DNA from: Felis catus
Lineage: Eukaryota
Assembly (NCBI RefSeq): GCF_018350175.1
Contig: NC_058369.1
Coordinates: 11,842,001-11,906,000 of the forward strand
Length of the DNA: 64,000 nt
Reading direction: 5' to 3'
Shown in pieces: positions 23,000 through 35,401 of the stretch; the stretch's first letter is position 1, and each line of letters starts with the position of its first letter. The notes under the pieces are model-generated. The model had not been told where the DNA came from, did no database searches, and worked only from the letters and a program-made list of their open reading frames with translations. The translations under genes and the position numbers were made by a program.

Positions 23000-23439
23000 T
23001 TTTTTTAATGTTTCTCAATGTTTATTCACTTTCAAGGGAGAGACAGAGAGCGAGTGGAGGAGAAACAGAGAGAGAGGGAGACACAGAATCTGAAGCAGGC
23101 TCCAGGCCCTAAGCTGTCAGCACAGAGCCTGACACGGTGCTGGAACCCACGAACTGTGAGATCATGACCTGAGCTGACGTTGGATGCCCAGCTGACTGAG
23201 CCACCCAGGCGCCCAATTCCTAGATATTTTAATTTTTTTTCAACATTTTATTTATTTTTGGGACAGAGAGAGAGCATGAACGGGGGAGGGGCAGAGAGGA
23301 GGGAGACACAGAATCGGAAACAGGCTCTAGGCTCTGAGCCATCAGCCCAGAGCCCGACGTGGGGCTTGAACTCACAGACCGCGAGATCATGACCTGGCTG
23401 AAGTCAGATGCTTAACTGACTGCGCCACCCAGGCGCCCC
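23000..23439 (-). mobile_element. Two tandem SINECs (23000-23213, 23232-23439)
   Basis: ctagatatttt occurs three times as nested TSDs. Confidence 0.9.
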
Positions 23440-23837
23440 TCTAGATATTTTAAAACAAAGGATATCAAAGAGTAATCTGAGGACACTGGGGTCCCAGAGA
23501 CCCCTTCTGGGGGACCAATAGGTCCTCACTTCTCTAGTGAACACGAGGATGTGTTTTCGTCATGTGCTTCAACTAAAACAACATGTTGCCACAGGCGGGA
23601 CAAAAAAACAGATACCAGCATCATCGTGTATGCCATCCGGCCAGCACTGGAAAATTTTGCTAAAATGTAAAAGAACGCCACAAGTCTCACTAAGTGAGTT
23701 TTTAAAATGTGGTTACTTTTCTAAAAAGTTAGTTACATTAACATGATACCGATTGTTCCTTTAGGTTGGATCAAAGATTGATCATTGTTCTTTTAAATGT
23801 GTAAGGAACTCAATATTTTTCAAAAGTCTTAGGATTG

Positions 23838-24057
23838 GGGAACCTTGGTAACTCAGTTGGTTAGCGTCTGACTTCGGCTCAGGTCATGATCTCACAGTTT
23901 GTGGGTTCAAACCCTGAGCTGGTTTCTGTGTTGACAGCTCAGAGCCTGGAGCCTGCTTCGGATTCTGTGTCTCCCTTTCTCTCTGCCCCTCCCCTGCTCT
24001 CTCTGTTTCTCTCTCTCTGATAAACATTAAAAAAATTAAAAAATAAAAATAAAAAAA
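23838..24057 (+). mobile_element. SINEC
   Basis: TSD-like aaa(g/a)tcttag. Confidence 0.88.
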
Positions 24058-24240
24058 TCTTAGTTTTAATTACAAATACTGTAAGAATGGAGAGTTCTAA
24101 CTCAGTTAAAGAAAAACCCTCTAGGGGACTCAATAGTTATTTAGCGTAAACAGATCCTGCGACCAAAACATTTGAGAGCTGTCTCCTTATAGTTTGTGTC
24201 ACTATTGGTGATGTTATCTTACTTTTTCCACGAATTCTAT

Positions 24241-25446
24241 CTTTTATTTTATTTTATTTTATTTTATTTTATTTTATTTTATTTATTATTTTAAGAGAGA
24301 GTGAGCACGAGTGGGGAAAGGGCAGAGAGAGAGGGAGAGAGAACCCCAAGCAGGTTCTATGCTGTCAGCCCTGGGGCTCGAACCCATGAACCATGAGATC
24401 ATTATCTGATCTGGCTTCAGAAGTAGAATTCAAAGATCCATCACTTACATACAACACACAGTGCTCATCACAGCAAGTGCCCTCCTTAATCCTCATCACC
24501 CATCTAGCCCATCTCCCACTTCCCTCCCTCCGTCAACCCTCAGTTTGTTCTTTATGGTTATGAATCTCTTGGGGCACCAGGGTGCCTGGGTGGCTCAGTC
24601 AGTTGAGTGTCTGACTTTGGCTCAGGTCATGATCTCACAGTCTGTGAATTTGAGCCCCCACATTGGGCTCTGTGCTGACAGCTCAGAGCCTGGAGCCTGC
24701 TTCAGATTCTGTGTCTCCCTCTCTCTCCGCCCCTCCCCTACTCATGCTCTGTCTCTCTCTCACTCTCTGTCAAAAATAAATAAACATTACAAAAATTAAA
24801 AAAAGAAAGAATCTCTTGGGGCGCCTGGGTGGCTCAGTTGGTTAAGCATCTGACTTTTGCTCGGGTCATGATCTCACAGTTCATGAATTTGAGCCCCACA
24901 TCAGGCTCTATGCTGATAGCCCGGAGCCTGCTTCGGATTCTGTGTCTCCCTCTCTCTCTGTCCCTCTCCCACTCACACTCTGTCTCTCTCTCTCAAAAAT
25001 AAGTAAACATTAAAAAAAAATCTCTTGTGGTTTGTTTCCCTTTCTTTTCTTCCCCCCTTCCCATATGTTCATCTGTTTTGTTTCTGAAATTCCACATACA
25101 AGTGAAATTCATATGACATTTGTCTTTCTCTGATTGACTTATTTCACTTAGCATAATACACTTTAGCTCCATCCATGTCATTGCAAATGGCAAGGTTTCA
25201 TTCTTTTTGATCGTTGAGTGTTATTCCAGTGTGTGTGTATATGTACATATATACATACACACAATACCACATCTTCTTTATCCATCCATCAATCGATGGA
25301 CATTTGGGCTCTCTCCGTAGCTTAGCTATTGTTGATAATGCTGCATGTGCCCCTTCAAATCTGTACTTTTGTATCCATTGGATAATACCTAGTAGTGCAG
25401 TTGCTGGAATGTAGGGTAGTACTATGTTTAGGTTTTGGAGGATTTG
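24241..25446 (-). mobile_element. Carnivore L1 3' end with SINECs (24242-24410 -, 24580-24810 +, 24818-25020 +)
   Basis: Reverse-strand L1 3'UTR/ORF2 end; (TTTTA)n tail 24242-24290; aatctcttg TSDs; absent from the paralog at ~52410. Confidence 0.85.
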
Positions 25447-26079
25447 CATGATTATTACGGGTATAATTCTACAGGAAATACTGAATTTGGGAAGTTGACC
25501 TCATCTTCTGCATCTTGTTCTAATATAGTTGTCTTCATTCCTTTACCTTTCTAGGTAGATGATCGCGTCTATTCCCTTCCAATCCTGACATTCCTTCTTT
25601 ACTTTTTCTCAAGCATCACCGCCAGCTTCACTTCCCATCTAATGAACAGCAGAGGCAGTGAGTAGCCTTGGCTTCTTCCTGATGCTAAAATAATACATCT
25701 ATTTCTCCCACTTCGTGTACTATTTGCTAGTTTTGTGCTGTATATTCCCAGTAAGCTAAGAAAGTCCCCGTTGACTTCATGTTGAGAAGAAGCTTTTAAA
25801 AAGATTTTTAAGGTATATACATCTATTACCATTATGCTGTATATCTAAAATGGTGCAATACTTTATGACAATTATGTATTAATTTTTAAACCATAAATAG
25901 TAATGGAACTTTAGCAATCCAGGATTGCAGCTTGAATTCATATAATTATATGATATTTATTTTAGTTTATTCCTGTGACTGATCACATGATAGGTTTTCT
26001 GATGCTGAATCAACCTTGTTATTCATGGGATAAATTACTAACCTTCATTCCCTTTCTGATCTCACCAGATGCAGCACCC

Positions 26080-27030
26080 ATGGCTGGTCAGAACTATAGC
26101 ATGATGACTGAGTTCATCCTCGTGGGCTTCTCCACCTTCCCACAGCATCTCCTGCCCGCCTTCTTCCTGCTGTACCTGCTCATGTACCTGTTCACGTTGC
26201 TGGGGAACCTGCTCATCATGACCACAGTCTGGAGCGAGCGCAGCCTGCACACGCCCATGTACCTCTTCCTGTGCGCCCTGTCCACCTCCGAGATTCTGTT
26301 CACCGTTGCTGTCACCCCTCGCATGCTGGTTGACATGCTCTTCACCCACCGCACCATCACCTGGGCGGCCTGTGCCAGCCAGATGTTTTTCTCCTTCACG
26401 TTTGGCTTCACACACTCCTTCCTGCTCATGATCATGGGCTACGACCGCTACGTGGCCATCTGCCACCCCCTGCGCTACCATGTGCTCATGAGCAACCATG
26501 GCTGTGCCTGCCTTGTGTCCTGGACCTGGGCTGGTGGCTCAGTCATGGGGATGATGGTGACCCTGATAGTTTTTCACCTCACCTTCTGTGGATCTAACAT
26601 GATCCGCCATTTTTTCTGCCATGTGTTTTCCCTTCTAAAGTTGGCCTGTGGGAATGAGAATTCCTCCGTCACCTTGGCTGTGATCCTGGTGTGTGTCTCA
26701 GCTCTGATGGGCTGTTTATTCCTCATCGTCCTCTCCTATGTCTTCATCGTGGCCGCCATATTGCGGATCCCCTCTGCTGAAGGCAGGCACAAGACTTTCT
26801 CCACATGTGTGTCCCACCTCACTGTGGTCATTGTGCACTACGGCTTTGCCTCCATTATCTACCTCAAGCCCAAGGGCCCCCATTCTATGGACAGTAACAC
26901 CCTGATGGCCACCACCTATACAGTCTTCACTCCCTTTCTCAGTCCGATCATTTTCAGTCTCAGGAATAAGGAGCTCAAGAATGCTATAAAGAAAAGCATC
27001 CAGAGAAAACTCATTCCTCTAAGCTCCTGA
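26080..27030 (+). CDS. OR10H4-like: Olfactory receptor OR10H3/OR10H4-like, 316 aa, intact (gene B)
   Basis: MAGQNYS...RKLIPLSS* with all OR motifs; 951 bp; acceptor ttcattccctttctgatctcaccag ends at 26068. Confidence 0.95.
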   Translation: MAGQNYSMMTEFILVGFSTFPQHLLPAFFLLYLLMYLFTLLGNLLIMTTVWSERSLHTPMYLFLCALSTSEILFTVAVTPRMLVDMLFTHRTITWAACASQMFFSFTFGFTHSFLLMIMGYDRYVAICHPLRYHVLMSNHGCACLVSWTWAGGSVMGMMVTLIVFHLTFCGSNMIRHFFCHVFSLLKLACGNENSSVTLAVILVCVSALMGCLFLIVLSYVFIVAAILRIPSAEGRHKTFSTCVSHLTVVIVHYGFASIIYLKPKGPHSMDSNTLMATTYTVFTPFLSPIIFSLRNKELKNAIKKSIQRKLIPLSS

Positions 27031-27400
27031 TGGCCAGTTGGGTGGTGAGGAATGTGATTGAAGGGCTGGGAATAATGATTGTCTCCAGGGGACAGTTGTA
27101 GGAATTCAGTATATGGAAATACTTATTAGGTATTGTTGGATGCATACGGTTTTGGAGCAGGATAGGTATTAGTTTTTCCCAATTTTTTTTTACCTCCCTC
27201 GTGCATAGGCCCTAGTGATCAGTGTCTCTTCTTCTTGATCCCATGCAATGAACTCCTTCCCATTACCTCTGTCTAAGAATGTGTTAGCTCTCTTTGGGCC
27301 AGTGGAGAACATCACACGGATGTGTCTTGGCACTGATGCACAGGGTTCTTCTCGAATAGACAAGCAAGGGAGGACTTTCTCAAACTTCCTTCACCATAGG

Positions 27401-27428
27401 AATAAACAAAAGTAAGCAAAATAATAAA
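27401..27428 (+). terminator. Candidate polyadenylation signals of gene B (AATAAA x2)
   Basis: AATAAA at 27401 and 27423; the second aligns with minus-strand AATAAA in genes A (7038-7033) and D (50178-50173). Confidence 0.45.
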
Positions 27429-30400
27429 TGCCACCAGCACTGGGGTTTTAGTTATCAGGCACTGTGTCCAGTGTTGTGTAAGTACTATCTTTTAATTATA
27501 GCAAATGCACAAAAGAGCATTCACTATTTTATTCTAAGGAGATGGTTCCATGCTTATAGTTCCCGCCTTCTTTGGAGGTGATAGACCCTAAATGATTCCT
27601 AATGTTGAGATGAGTTGAGTGAAGGATGTCAGAATGCAAAGTGGAGAAAGAGAGTTTGAGAGCCAGAGTGACAGAGAGAGAAAGCGGAGAAGATTCAGTG
27701 CTTGAGGAAGAACATACAGATTGTTAAAAAGGTGTTGCTCTCTGACATCTTAAGGAAATCTTTTTCCCTTTTTTCCCATATTACTTGCAATAAAACATAA
27801 ATTTCTTATTTCTGTGTTTACTTGAATCTATCTGTGGGATGTGCTAGAGGGCACAGTGCTATCTCAGGATGGGACAAAGAGAGGTCAAGGGTGTGAGCAC
27901 CCCCTTTATGCCAAGGGTTTGGGAAACCATGTGTCTGAGCACCCAGGAGGGGGTCTTCCATTGGTATAAATTCTTACTCAAAGCTGTGGCCAGATATTGG
28001 AGTGGCAGGCAGAAGGTGTTTTAAAATAATAAACCTATGATGGCTGTCACATATGAATGCCTGCTGTCTGCCAAATGCTGTGGGAAGGGTTTCCTATGCG
28101 TTTACTCTTCTAAGTCTCAAAATGAATTATTCTTTCTCTGCATTTAGATATGACCCACATCTATTACTATTCACATTTTTGAAATGCATAAAATGCAAAT
28201 GTGATAGATAATTTGTCCTGGGTCACACCACCTTGAAGGCGGGAAGCAGGAATCGATTACAACGTGCATGTGTGTGCAACTGGTGAACAGGAACCCGCCT
28301 CTCTCAGGTGTCTACAGAGAGAAGTGAGGTCATGACTGGGAGGAGAAGGCTGTCATTAGAGGGAAGAGACCCCTTTCAGGGAAGGAGGGCAGGTGCAGCC
28401 CTAGGCACACACCCGTTTCACACAGCCAGAGGGAAACACGGACTCCAGAGGAGTTCATGAGACACTTTGTCTCATGAACACTGACAACGAGAGCTTGGCA
28501 AAACTGGCTACGGCAGTTTTGGGGTTCCATCCATTATTTTGCTCATTATTGGTGTTACTGACGGATGCCCCCACCATTCGTAAGATGTGCTTCTCCAGAG
28601 TCTGCGGCTGTGTTCCCTGACCCATCAAGAGAGGGTGTTCAGATGAGGAGGAGGGTGTTGTAGTTTCAGGGCAGAAGATTTATATGCTTTGTTACAGCAG
28701 CCCCAGAAACTGACTCCTGAAATGGTATCCTGACATTAAATGTTTTGGGGTTTTCATTACAAAATCAGCTGAGTTGCAGGGGGTGAAATGACAGATTAAG
28801 TACTTACACAAAGGGGAAACCACCAGGAATTGATTGGTAGATCTCAAACTCATCTCTTTAGACAGAAAGGTGACACTTTTACCAGGCCTGTTTTTCTTTT
28901 TTAAGGTTTTTTTTTTTGTATTATTCAGGATTCCCCAGAGAAACAGAACCACTAGGATGGATGTGTATACAAAGAGATGTGTATATGTACATAGGTGTAT
29001 ATAACATATATAACACATATAACATGTAATAATGTTAGTGTATGTTTTAAATTCATGCTTTGAATAACTGCTTGCTATTTTTTTAATGTACCATCTCATC
29101 ACATATATGACATTTTCCCTTGGCCCTGGAACAGTAGTCTTTCAGCTACTAAGCTAATTAAATGCAAGATGTATAATTTAGTTCACAAATTATAATGCCT
29201 TTCCTTTGAGGCACTGATTTTTAAAACCGAACAAAAAGCTTTGAAATCAGTATCAAAAGGAAAAGCCCATTTGGCACATAGTACAAGTTTATTAAATATT
29301 TGTTATTTGACTACAACACTCAACTTACTGAATAAATATTGTTCTGGTGCAACCACAGTATATTATATATTATAGTATGTCATAATTGTGTTGTTCCATT
29401 TTATAAAATGTGATATGTCTGCATCCAGCTCTTCCTGTCCCCACACTGAGGGCTTTTTTAGTGCCAGGTTACATCAGTGTTATTTTCAGGTCCCGAGATT
29501 CAGAGTGGGTCCCTTAGCTAGAGATCAGAGTGGATGTGATGAATGGATGAAGGAAGTAGAGAGGATGAGAGAAGGGAGGAATGACTAGAGGGGAAGAAGA
29601 GAGGGAGTGGGAGGGAGGGAGGGAGGGAGGAAGAGAGAGAGAAAGGAAGGGCATTCCCAGGGCCTCAGCCACCATCTTTGGACATGGAGGAGTTCGCATC
29701 CAGCTTCCAGTGCTCTGGGGCCAGGTCCCCGGATCTGCCTCAGGGGAGGGCGCCCTCAGAGGTAACACTCTTGCCCCGCTCACTTCTGGCCCCTGTGCAG
29801 CAGCAACCAGGGTATCCAAGGCAGACATTGCGAGAGAGAGAAAGGGGTGGGCTCCCCAAGGGGGTGGGGATAGGAGGTGGGTAGGAGGCACTCGCCTGCA
29901 GAGCAGAGATTGCCCTGGACCCCGGGTTGGCATGACTCCACAAGGTGTGTCTGTGTCAGGAGCTGGAGTCTGGCAGCCAGAGGAGGGTGGAGTCGACAGG
30001 GGAGGTCAGCGGGCACAGTGCACCAGCAGATGGGGCGTGAGGCCAGAGCCAGGGCTAGACCACGGCACACAGAGGCTGGCCGTGGGGGCCAGAGATGGTG
30101 GCTGAGGGATGAGGTCCAGGAGGAGCTGAGTCTGGTGCCCTGGGATTGCTGGGCCGCCCCAGGCCCCTGCTGCCCCCAAATGCTTCTTTCCTGCATGAGA
30201 GAGAGACCCCATCCTGACACCCAGCCCAATCATCCACTTTCCAGGTGGGGTTCTGGGTCCTCCAAGCATTGGCTGACTTGGCTCTGAGATAACGCTTGGT
30301 GACAACCTTCTGGGGGCTGGGTGAGGGGGCAGAAGCAGTGTTGTGATATGGGGGTGAGCCCTGCCCCAAGGTAAGTATTTGAAGCCTTGTCATCAAATCT

Positions 30401-30944
30401 CAGTGATATAGGTAAATGACAGATTGTGTATCATGGATATATTAGTATGTATCATCGAGATGCATGTGTCAGTGATGCAGATATAAATACGCATACCTGT
30501 GTGTACCTCTTTCCCAATTTTTCACCAGAGCTGCGGCTTCAGAGCCATCCCCTGTGCTCTGTGGCTGTCAGGTTTGTTTTTTCTATATGCCGCGTAGAGC
30601 TTCGTGGCTCACGCCCACCCCATGTTACTTGGCCCTGCCCCCAGGTGAGGGTGGAGGTGTCTCTGACTGCCCCTGACTGTCTGCCATCACAGACAAGGCT
30701 GCCATGAATGGCTTGACCACGTCCCCTCGCTGAGCTGAGTTTCAGATGGAGATCTGGAAGTGTTTGCGGGACCTTGGGTAAGTGTCCCCTTAATCTGGCC
30801 ATGAACCACCAAGTGAGGACGTCTTCAGTCTACTCATCTCACATCTGGGCCAACACAGGGCGGATCCAGATTTCTAAGTCTTGCCGCTCTAGCAAGCAGA
30901 TGGGAGGCCTGCACCCACTGTGTTCACAGATTGCTGCTGTTTTA

Positions 30945-31153
30945 TTATTTTTTTTAATGTTTATTCATTTATTGAGAGAGAGACAGACAGACAGAGAGAG
31001 CGAGCATGAGCAGGGGAGGGGCAGAGAATCCCAAACAGGCTCCACCCCATCAGAGCAGAGCCCAATGCGGGGCTCGAACTCACGGACCATGAGATCACGA
31101 CCTGAACTGAAACCAAGACAAGGACGCTTACCCTACTGAGCCACCCAGGCGTC
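30945..31153 (-). mobile_element. SINEC
   Basis: TSD ttgctg(c)tgt. Confidence 0.85.
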
Positions 31154-31159
31154 CTGAGT

Positions 31160-31532
31160 GTTGCTGTGGTAAACCGAATTCCTCTCCTTGCTAATGAGCT
31201 GCTCATGTCCTTGTTTGCTGCTGGCCTAGTGCGTTTCCTCAGCTGCAGATCACCTGTGGCCCCCTCTTGCCCACTTTCTATCATGATGCCTGTCCTTTTC
31301 CTCATTGGTTTCCTCATTTCTCTTTTTTCTCACTGTAGATTCTAGATATTACTCTCTTGTCAATGGGTTCTTTTCAGCTTGATCGAGGTATACATAATAT
31401 ACAAAGAGCTGCGTATATTTATTTAACGTGTACATTTTGATGACTTTGGACATACGCCTACAATTGTGATACCATCCGCACAACCAAGGTAATAAATGTT
31501 ATGTACCGCCTCCAAAGATTCCTCATGTCCCC

Positions 31533-31574
<42 letters not shown>

Positions 31575-33260
31575 GTAACTTTAAAGGACATCTACCCTCT
31601 TAACAAGTTCTTTTTTATTGAAATATAGTTGACAAATAAACTTGTGTGAATTTAAGGTGTACCGTGTGTTGAGTTGGTATGTTTATTCATTATAATGCGA
31701 TCGCCATTGCGCTAATAGCTAGTATGTCTATCAGGTCACGTGATCATCATGTCTGTTTTAGTGTTGGGGATAAATAAGATCTCGTCTCTTAGCGAGTTTG
31801 ATGATGAGAATACAATATTGGCGTCTATGTTCTTAACAAGTGTTTAATTGTGCACTATCGTCTTGTTAACTCTAGCTTGTAGGTTGAACGGCAGAGCTCA
31901 GGAACTTATGCAGCAAGTAGCTCTCTGTTCTCTGTCATCTGTAACCTTTATCCATGATGCTCTTTGTTAAAAGGATTCAGAATTTCCATGTAAAAGAATG
32001 GATCTTTTTTACTGAAGGTTTGCGCTCTTTTTTCTTTTTAAGGAACGTGTTTCCTGTTCTTGGAGCACAAAGATCCTATTACACTTGCTGTCATTAGCTA
32101 TGTTTTTATCTTTCACAATTACGTTTTCAATCTATCTTGATTCTCTTTTTGGTGGGGTATTGGGAGTCTAGTTGTGGTTTTTGTTTGTAGAGAGAGATAC
32201 TTTCCTCAACAGCATCCCCTAAACAATTCACCTTTTTTCCAAATGATTTGTGCTGTGACCTTAACCATACATGAATGGCTCTGTCTCCGAGCTCTGATTC
32301 CAGAACCACTGGTCACTGTCTCTCCTTGCACTGATCCCACACTGCTTTGTTTCCAAGATGCTGTCGCGTGTCTACAGAGTGCAGTCTCCCCCCACCTCCT
32401 GTCATTCTTCATTTCCAGATGGACTCAGTTATTCATGGGTCCTTATTTTTGACAAACATTTTGCAATATGTTTATCCTCTTTCTCAAGAGTCCAACTGGA
32501 TGTTTTTGAGGGCATTACATTGAATGTATAGATTAAATTTGGGGAAGAATGAACATCTTTCTGATATTGTCTTTTGCTTTCATCCATTTTGTTAGGTCAT
32601 CTGTCATGTTTCCTGTCTGTTAGAGGTCTCATAGTTCTCCATGAAGCTCCTGTGTGTACTTGCTTAAAGTAATTCCTAGACTGTTGTCAGGTTTTGTGCA
32701 ACTTTGAATGATACCTTATTTTGTAATGTTTTATTATTAACTAATTTTAAACTTATGAGAAAGCTGCAAAAAGCATACAGAAAACTCTCATCCTCCCCCC
32801 ACCAACCCCTTTGAATGCCAGGATCTTCCAGAACCAGGACAATGATGAGACCCAGGGCACGAACGCTGGTATATAACATTATATAGCACTATATAGCAAA
32901 CAACAGCTCTTACTAGAATTCTTTCGACTCTCCACTAATATCCTATTTCTATTCCAGGACACAATCCATTTCATGTAGTTGTTATTTCAAGTTTGCATTA
33001 TCATTCACTTCTAAGTATCTCTTAATTTCCCTTTCAGCCAGATGATTAACGACTAATATGTTACTTTGGCATTGTCAAATGGTTCACCCAATATTTACAT
33101 TCTAAATACATGGGAATTTTGAGGGGTCCTTTTCTTATTAAAGTCCAGTAGTATTGCCAAATGATCAGATATTTGGGGCTTTGTGTATTGGTACTTGGGA
33201 ATGTACCTGTATTTCCTTTATGACCTGACAGTGTGTGATGTTTTTCTCTTTTTCTTTCAT
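31160..33260 (-). mobile_element. Ancient L1M fragments
   Basis: Degenerate antisense ORF2/3'UTR motifs (cattgaatgtatagattaaatttgggga, ttttattgaaatatagttgaca). Confidence 0.55.
31536..31571. repeat. (TG)n microsatellite
   Basis: About 18 TG units. Confidence 0.95.
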
Positions 33261-33344
33261 TTTGTGTTGGTGTAGTGAATAGGAGCATATGTGTGTTTGT
33301 GTGTATTTGTACAGGATAAATAAACATATATAAGTATATATTAC

Positions 33345-33495
33345 CTTTTGTATATATATACATGTATGTACATGAATGTATATAGAATACATAGAATATA
33401 CACGAGCTATGTATATATATGTATATATATATATACATATACGAGCTATGTATATATATATGTATATATATATATACACATATATATATATACAT
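33345..33495. repeat. (TA)-rich compound microsatellite
   Basis: tatatata runs with a duplicated acgagctatgtatata unit. Confidence 0.9.
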
Positions 33496-33939
33496 AGCTC
33501 AAGTATTAAATAATGTGACAGAATTAAGTCTTAAAACACCAGTAATTAAAATTATAATGCAGGGGCCCCAATACACAGGAGGGTGAGCATCCCTCCTGAG
33601 TCACACGGTCCACGTCGAGCATGGAGACCGTTCCTACTGTCCTCCAGCTCCTGCTCCGATAGTGTCGGTTGAGGGCACACCGCACCCCAGGCCCTGTGCT
33701 GGGGCCCCTGCAGCTACACGGTCAGGTGAGTCCTCAAAACACACCCCAATGAGCAAACCCTGCAGCTGGGCTACCGGGACTCCTTCACCTTTGTTGACCG
33801 AATTCCAAGGACACTCAGCACTTCTCGAGAGCCATCTCAACGCCCCAGGTCTTCTCCACAAAGAAGAATGACCTAAGAATCTGGCTTGAAACTAATTGTA
33901 AAGTGAAACCCAATAACATTTAACGTCAGGATGCCATTT

Positions 33940-34375
33940 CATGAGTCAGTTCCTGGGGCCGCTGTATCAAAGCATATAAATCTCGTGCCCTGACTCCACA
34001 CACATCTATCCTCTTCTATGCTGGAGGCCAGAAGCCGAATCAGGGTCACCAGGTGTGAGTCCAGGTGTGAGCAGGGCTGCGTCCTTCGGGGGATCCGGGG
34101 AGGGATGTGTCTCCTGCTTTCCCAGCTTCGAGGGCACCACGCATCCCCTGGCTCATGGTTCCTGCCTCAGCTACTCCAATTCCTCCTTCCGGTGTCACAT
34201 CCCCTACTGCTCCCTGTCTCTGGCCCCTCCTGCCCCCTTGTATAAGGACACTTGCAATTATAGCAGCCCATCTGGGTGATGAGGGCAATCCCCCTGTCTC
34301 AGATCTTAACTGCATCTCATCTGCACACTCTCTCTTGCTGGGTAAGGGAACGCAGCCACAAGCTCTGGAGAAGCA
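33940..34375. mobile_element. MLT1-type MaLR solo LTR (duplicate ~49365-49800; deleted remnant ~28595-28715)
   Basis: gctgtatcaaagcat...ctggaggccagaag...gcagggctg...tataaggacacttg...tctcagatcttaact. Confidence 0.75.
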
Positions 34376-35175
34376 CATCTTAGGAATGGTGGGGGCATCA
34401 GTCAGTAACACCAATAATGAGCAAAATAATGAATGGAACCCCAAAACTGCCATAGCCAGTTTTGCCAAGCTCTCGTTGTCAGTGTTCATGAGACAAAGTG
34501 TCTCATGAACTCCTCTGGAGTCCGTGTTTCCCTCTGGCTGTGTGAAAGGGGTGTGTGCCTAGGGCTGCACCTGCCCTCCTTCCCTGAAAGGGGTCTCTTC
34601 CTTCTAATGACAGCCTTCTCCTCCCAGTCATGACCTCACTTCTCTCTGTAGACACCTGAGAGAGGGGGGCTCCTGGTCACCAATTGCACACACATGCACA
34701 TTGTATTCGATTCCTGCTCCCTGCCTTCATGGCACTGTGGCCTGGGACAAATTATCTATCACATTTGCATTTTCCACATTTCAAAAATGTTATTAGTTAT
34801 ATGTGTGGGTCATATCTAAATGTGGAGAAAGGATAATTTATTTTGAGGCTTAGAAGAGTGAATGCATAGGAAACCCTTCCCACAGCATTTGGCAAACAAC
34901 AGGTCCTCATATGTGACAGACATCCTTAGGTTTATTATTGTAAAACATCTTCTGACTGCAACTCAAATATCTGACCACAATTTAACTAAGAATTTACACC
35001 AATGGAAGCCCCCCCCCTCCCCCAGATGCTCAGACATATGGTTTCCCAACCCCAGCATTGGAGTCAGACAGACCTAAAGTTGCATGTGACCCCTTCCTTC
35101 AAGTGTTGTGTGCCTTCTACCAACAATTCTTTTCTGCATAAAGGGGTACCTACACCCTTGAGCTCTCTTTGTTCT

Positions 35176-35401
35176 TTTTTTTCTTTTCAACGTTTTTTTT
35201 TTTATTATTTATTTTTGGGACAGAGAGAGACAGAGCATGAACGGGGGAGGGGCAGAGAGAGAGGGAGACACAGAATCGGAAACAGGCTCCAGGCTCCGAG
35301 CCATCAGCCCAGAGCCCGACGCGGGGCTCTAACTCCCGGACCGCGAGATCGTGACCTGGCTGAAGTCGGACGCTTAACCGACTGCGCCACCCAGGCGCCC
35401 C
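35176..35401 (-). mobile_element. SINEC_Fc-like, young
   Basis: 17-bp TSD tgagctctctttgttct; CpG-intact. Confidence 0.93.

Larger units (their letters stand above)
12100..29200. repeat. Left arm of large inverted segmental duplication (partner ~48510-64000)
   Basis: Collinear reverse-complement matches along the whole arm (see findings). Confidence 0.85.

Noticed and set aside
29514-30396. Overlapping 100-174 aa ORFs, or a CYP4F exon expected from synteny with human OR10H
   Set aside because: Low-complexity GC-rich ORFs on both strands; no P450 motifs or CYP4F N-terminus seen anywhere in the window.
33061-33495. Tyr/Ile-rich ORFs
   Set aside because: Translation of a (TA)n microsatellite.
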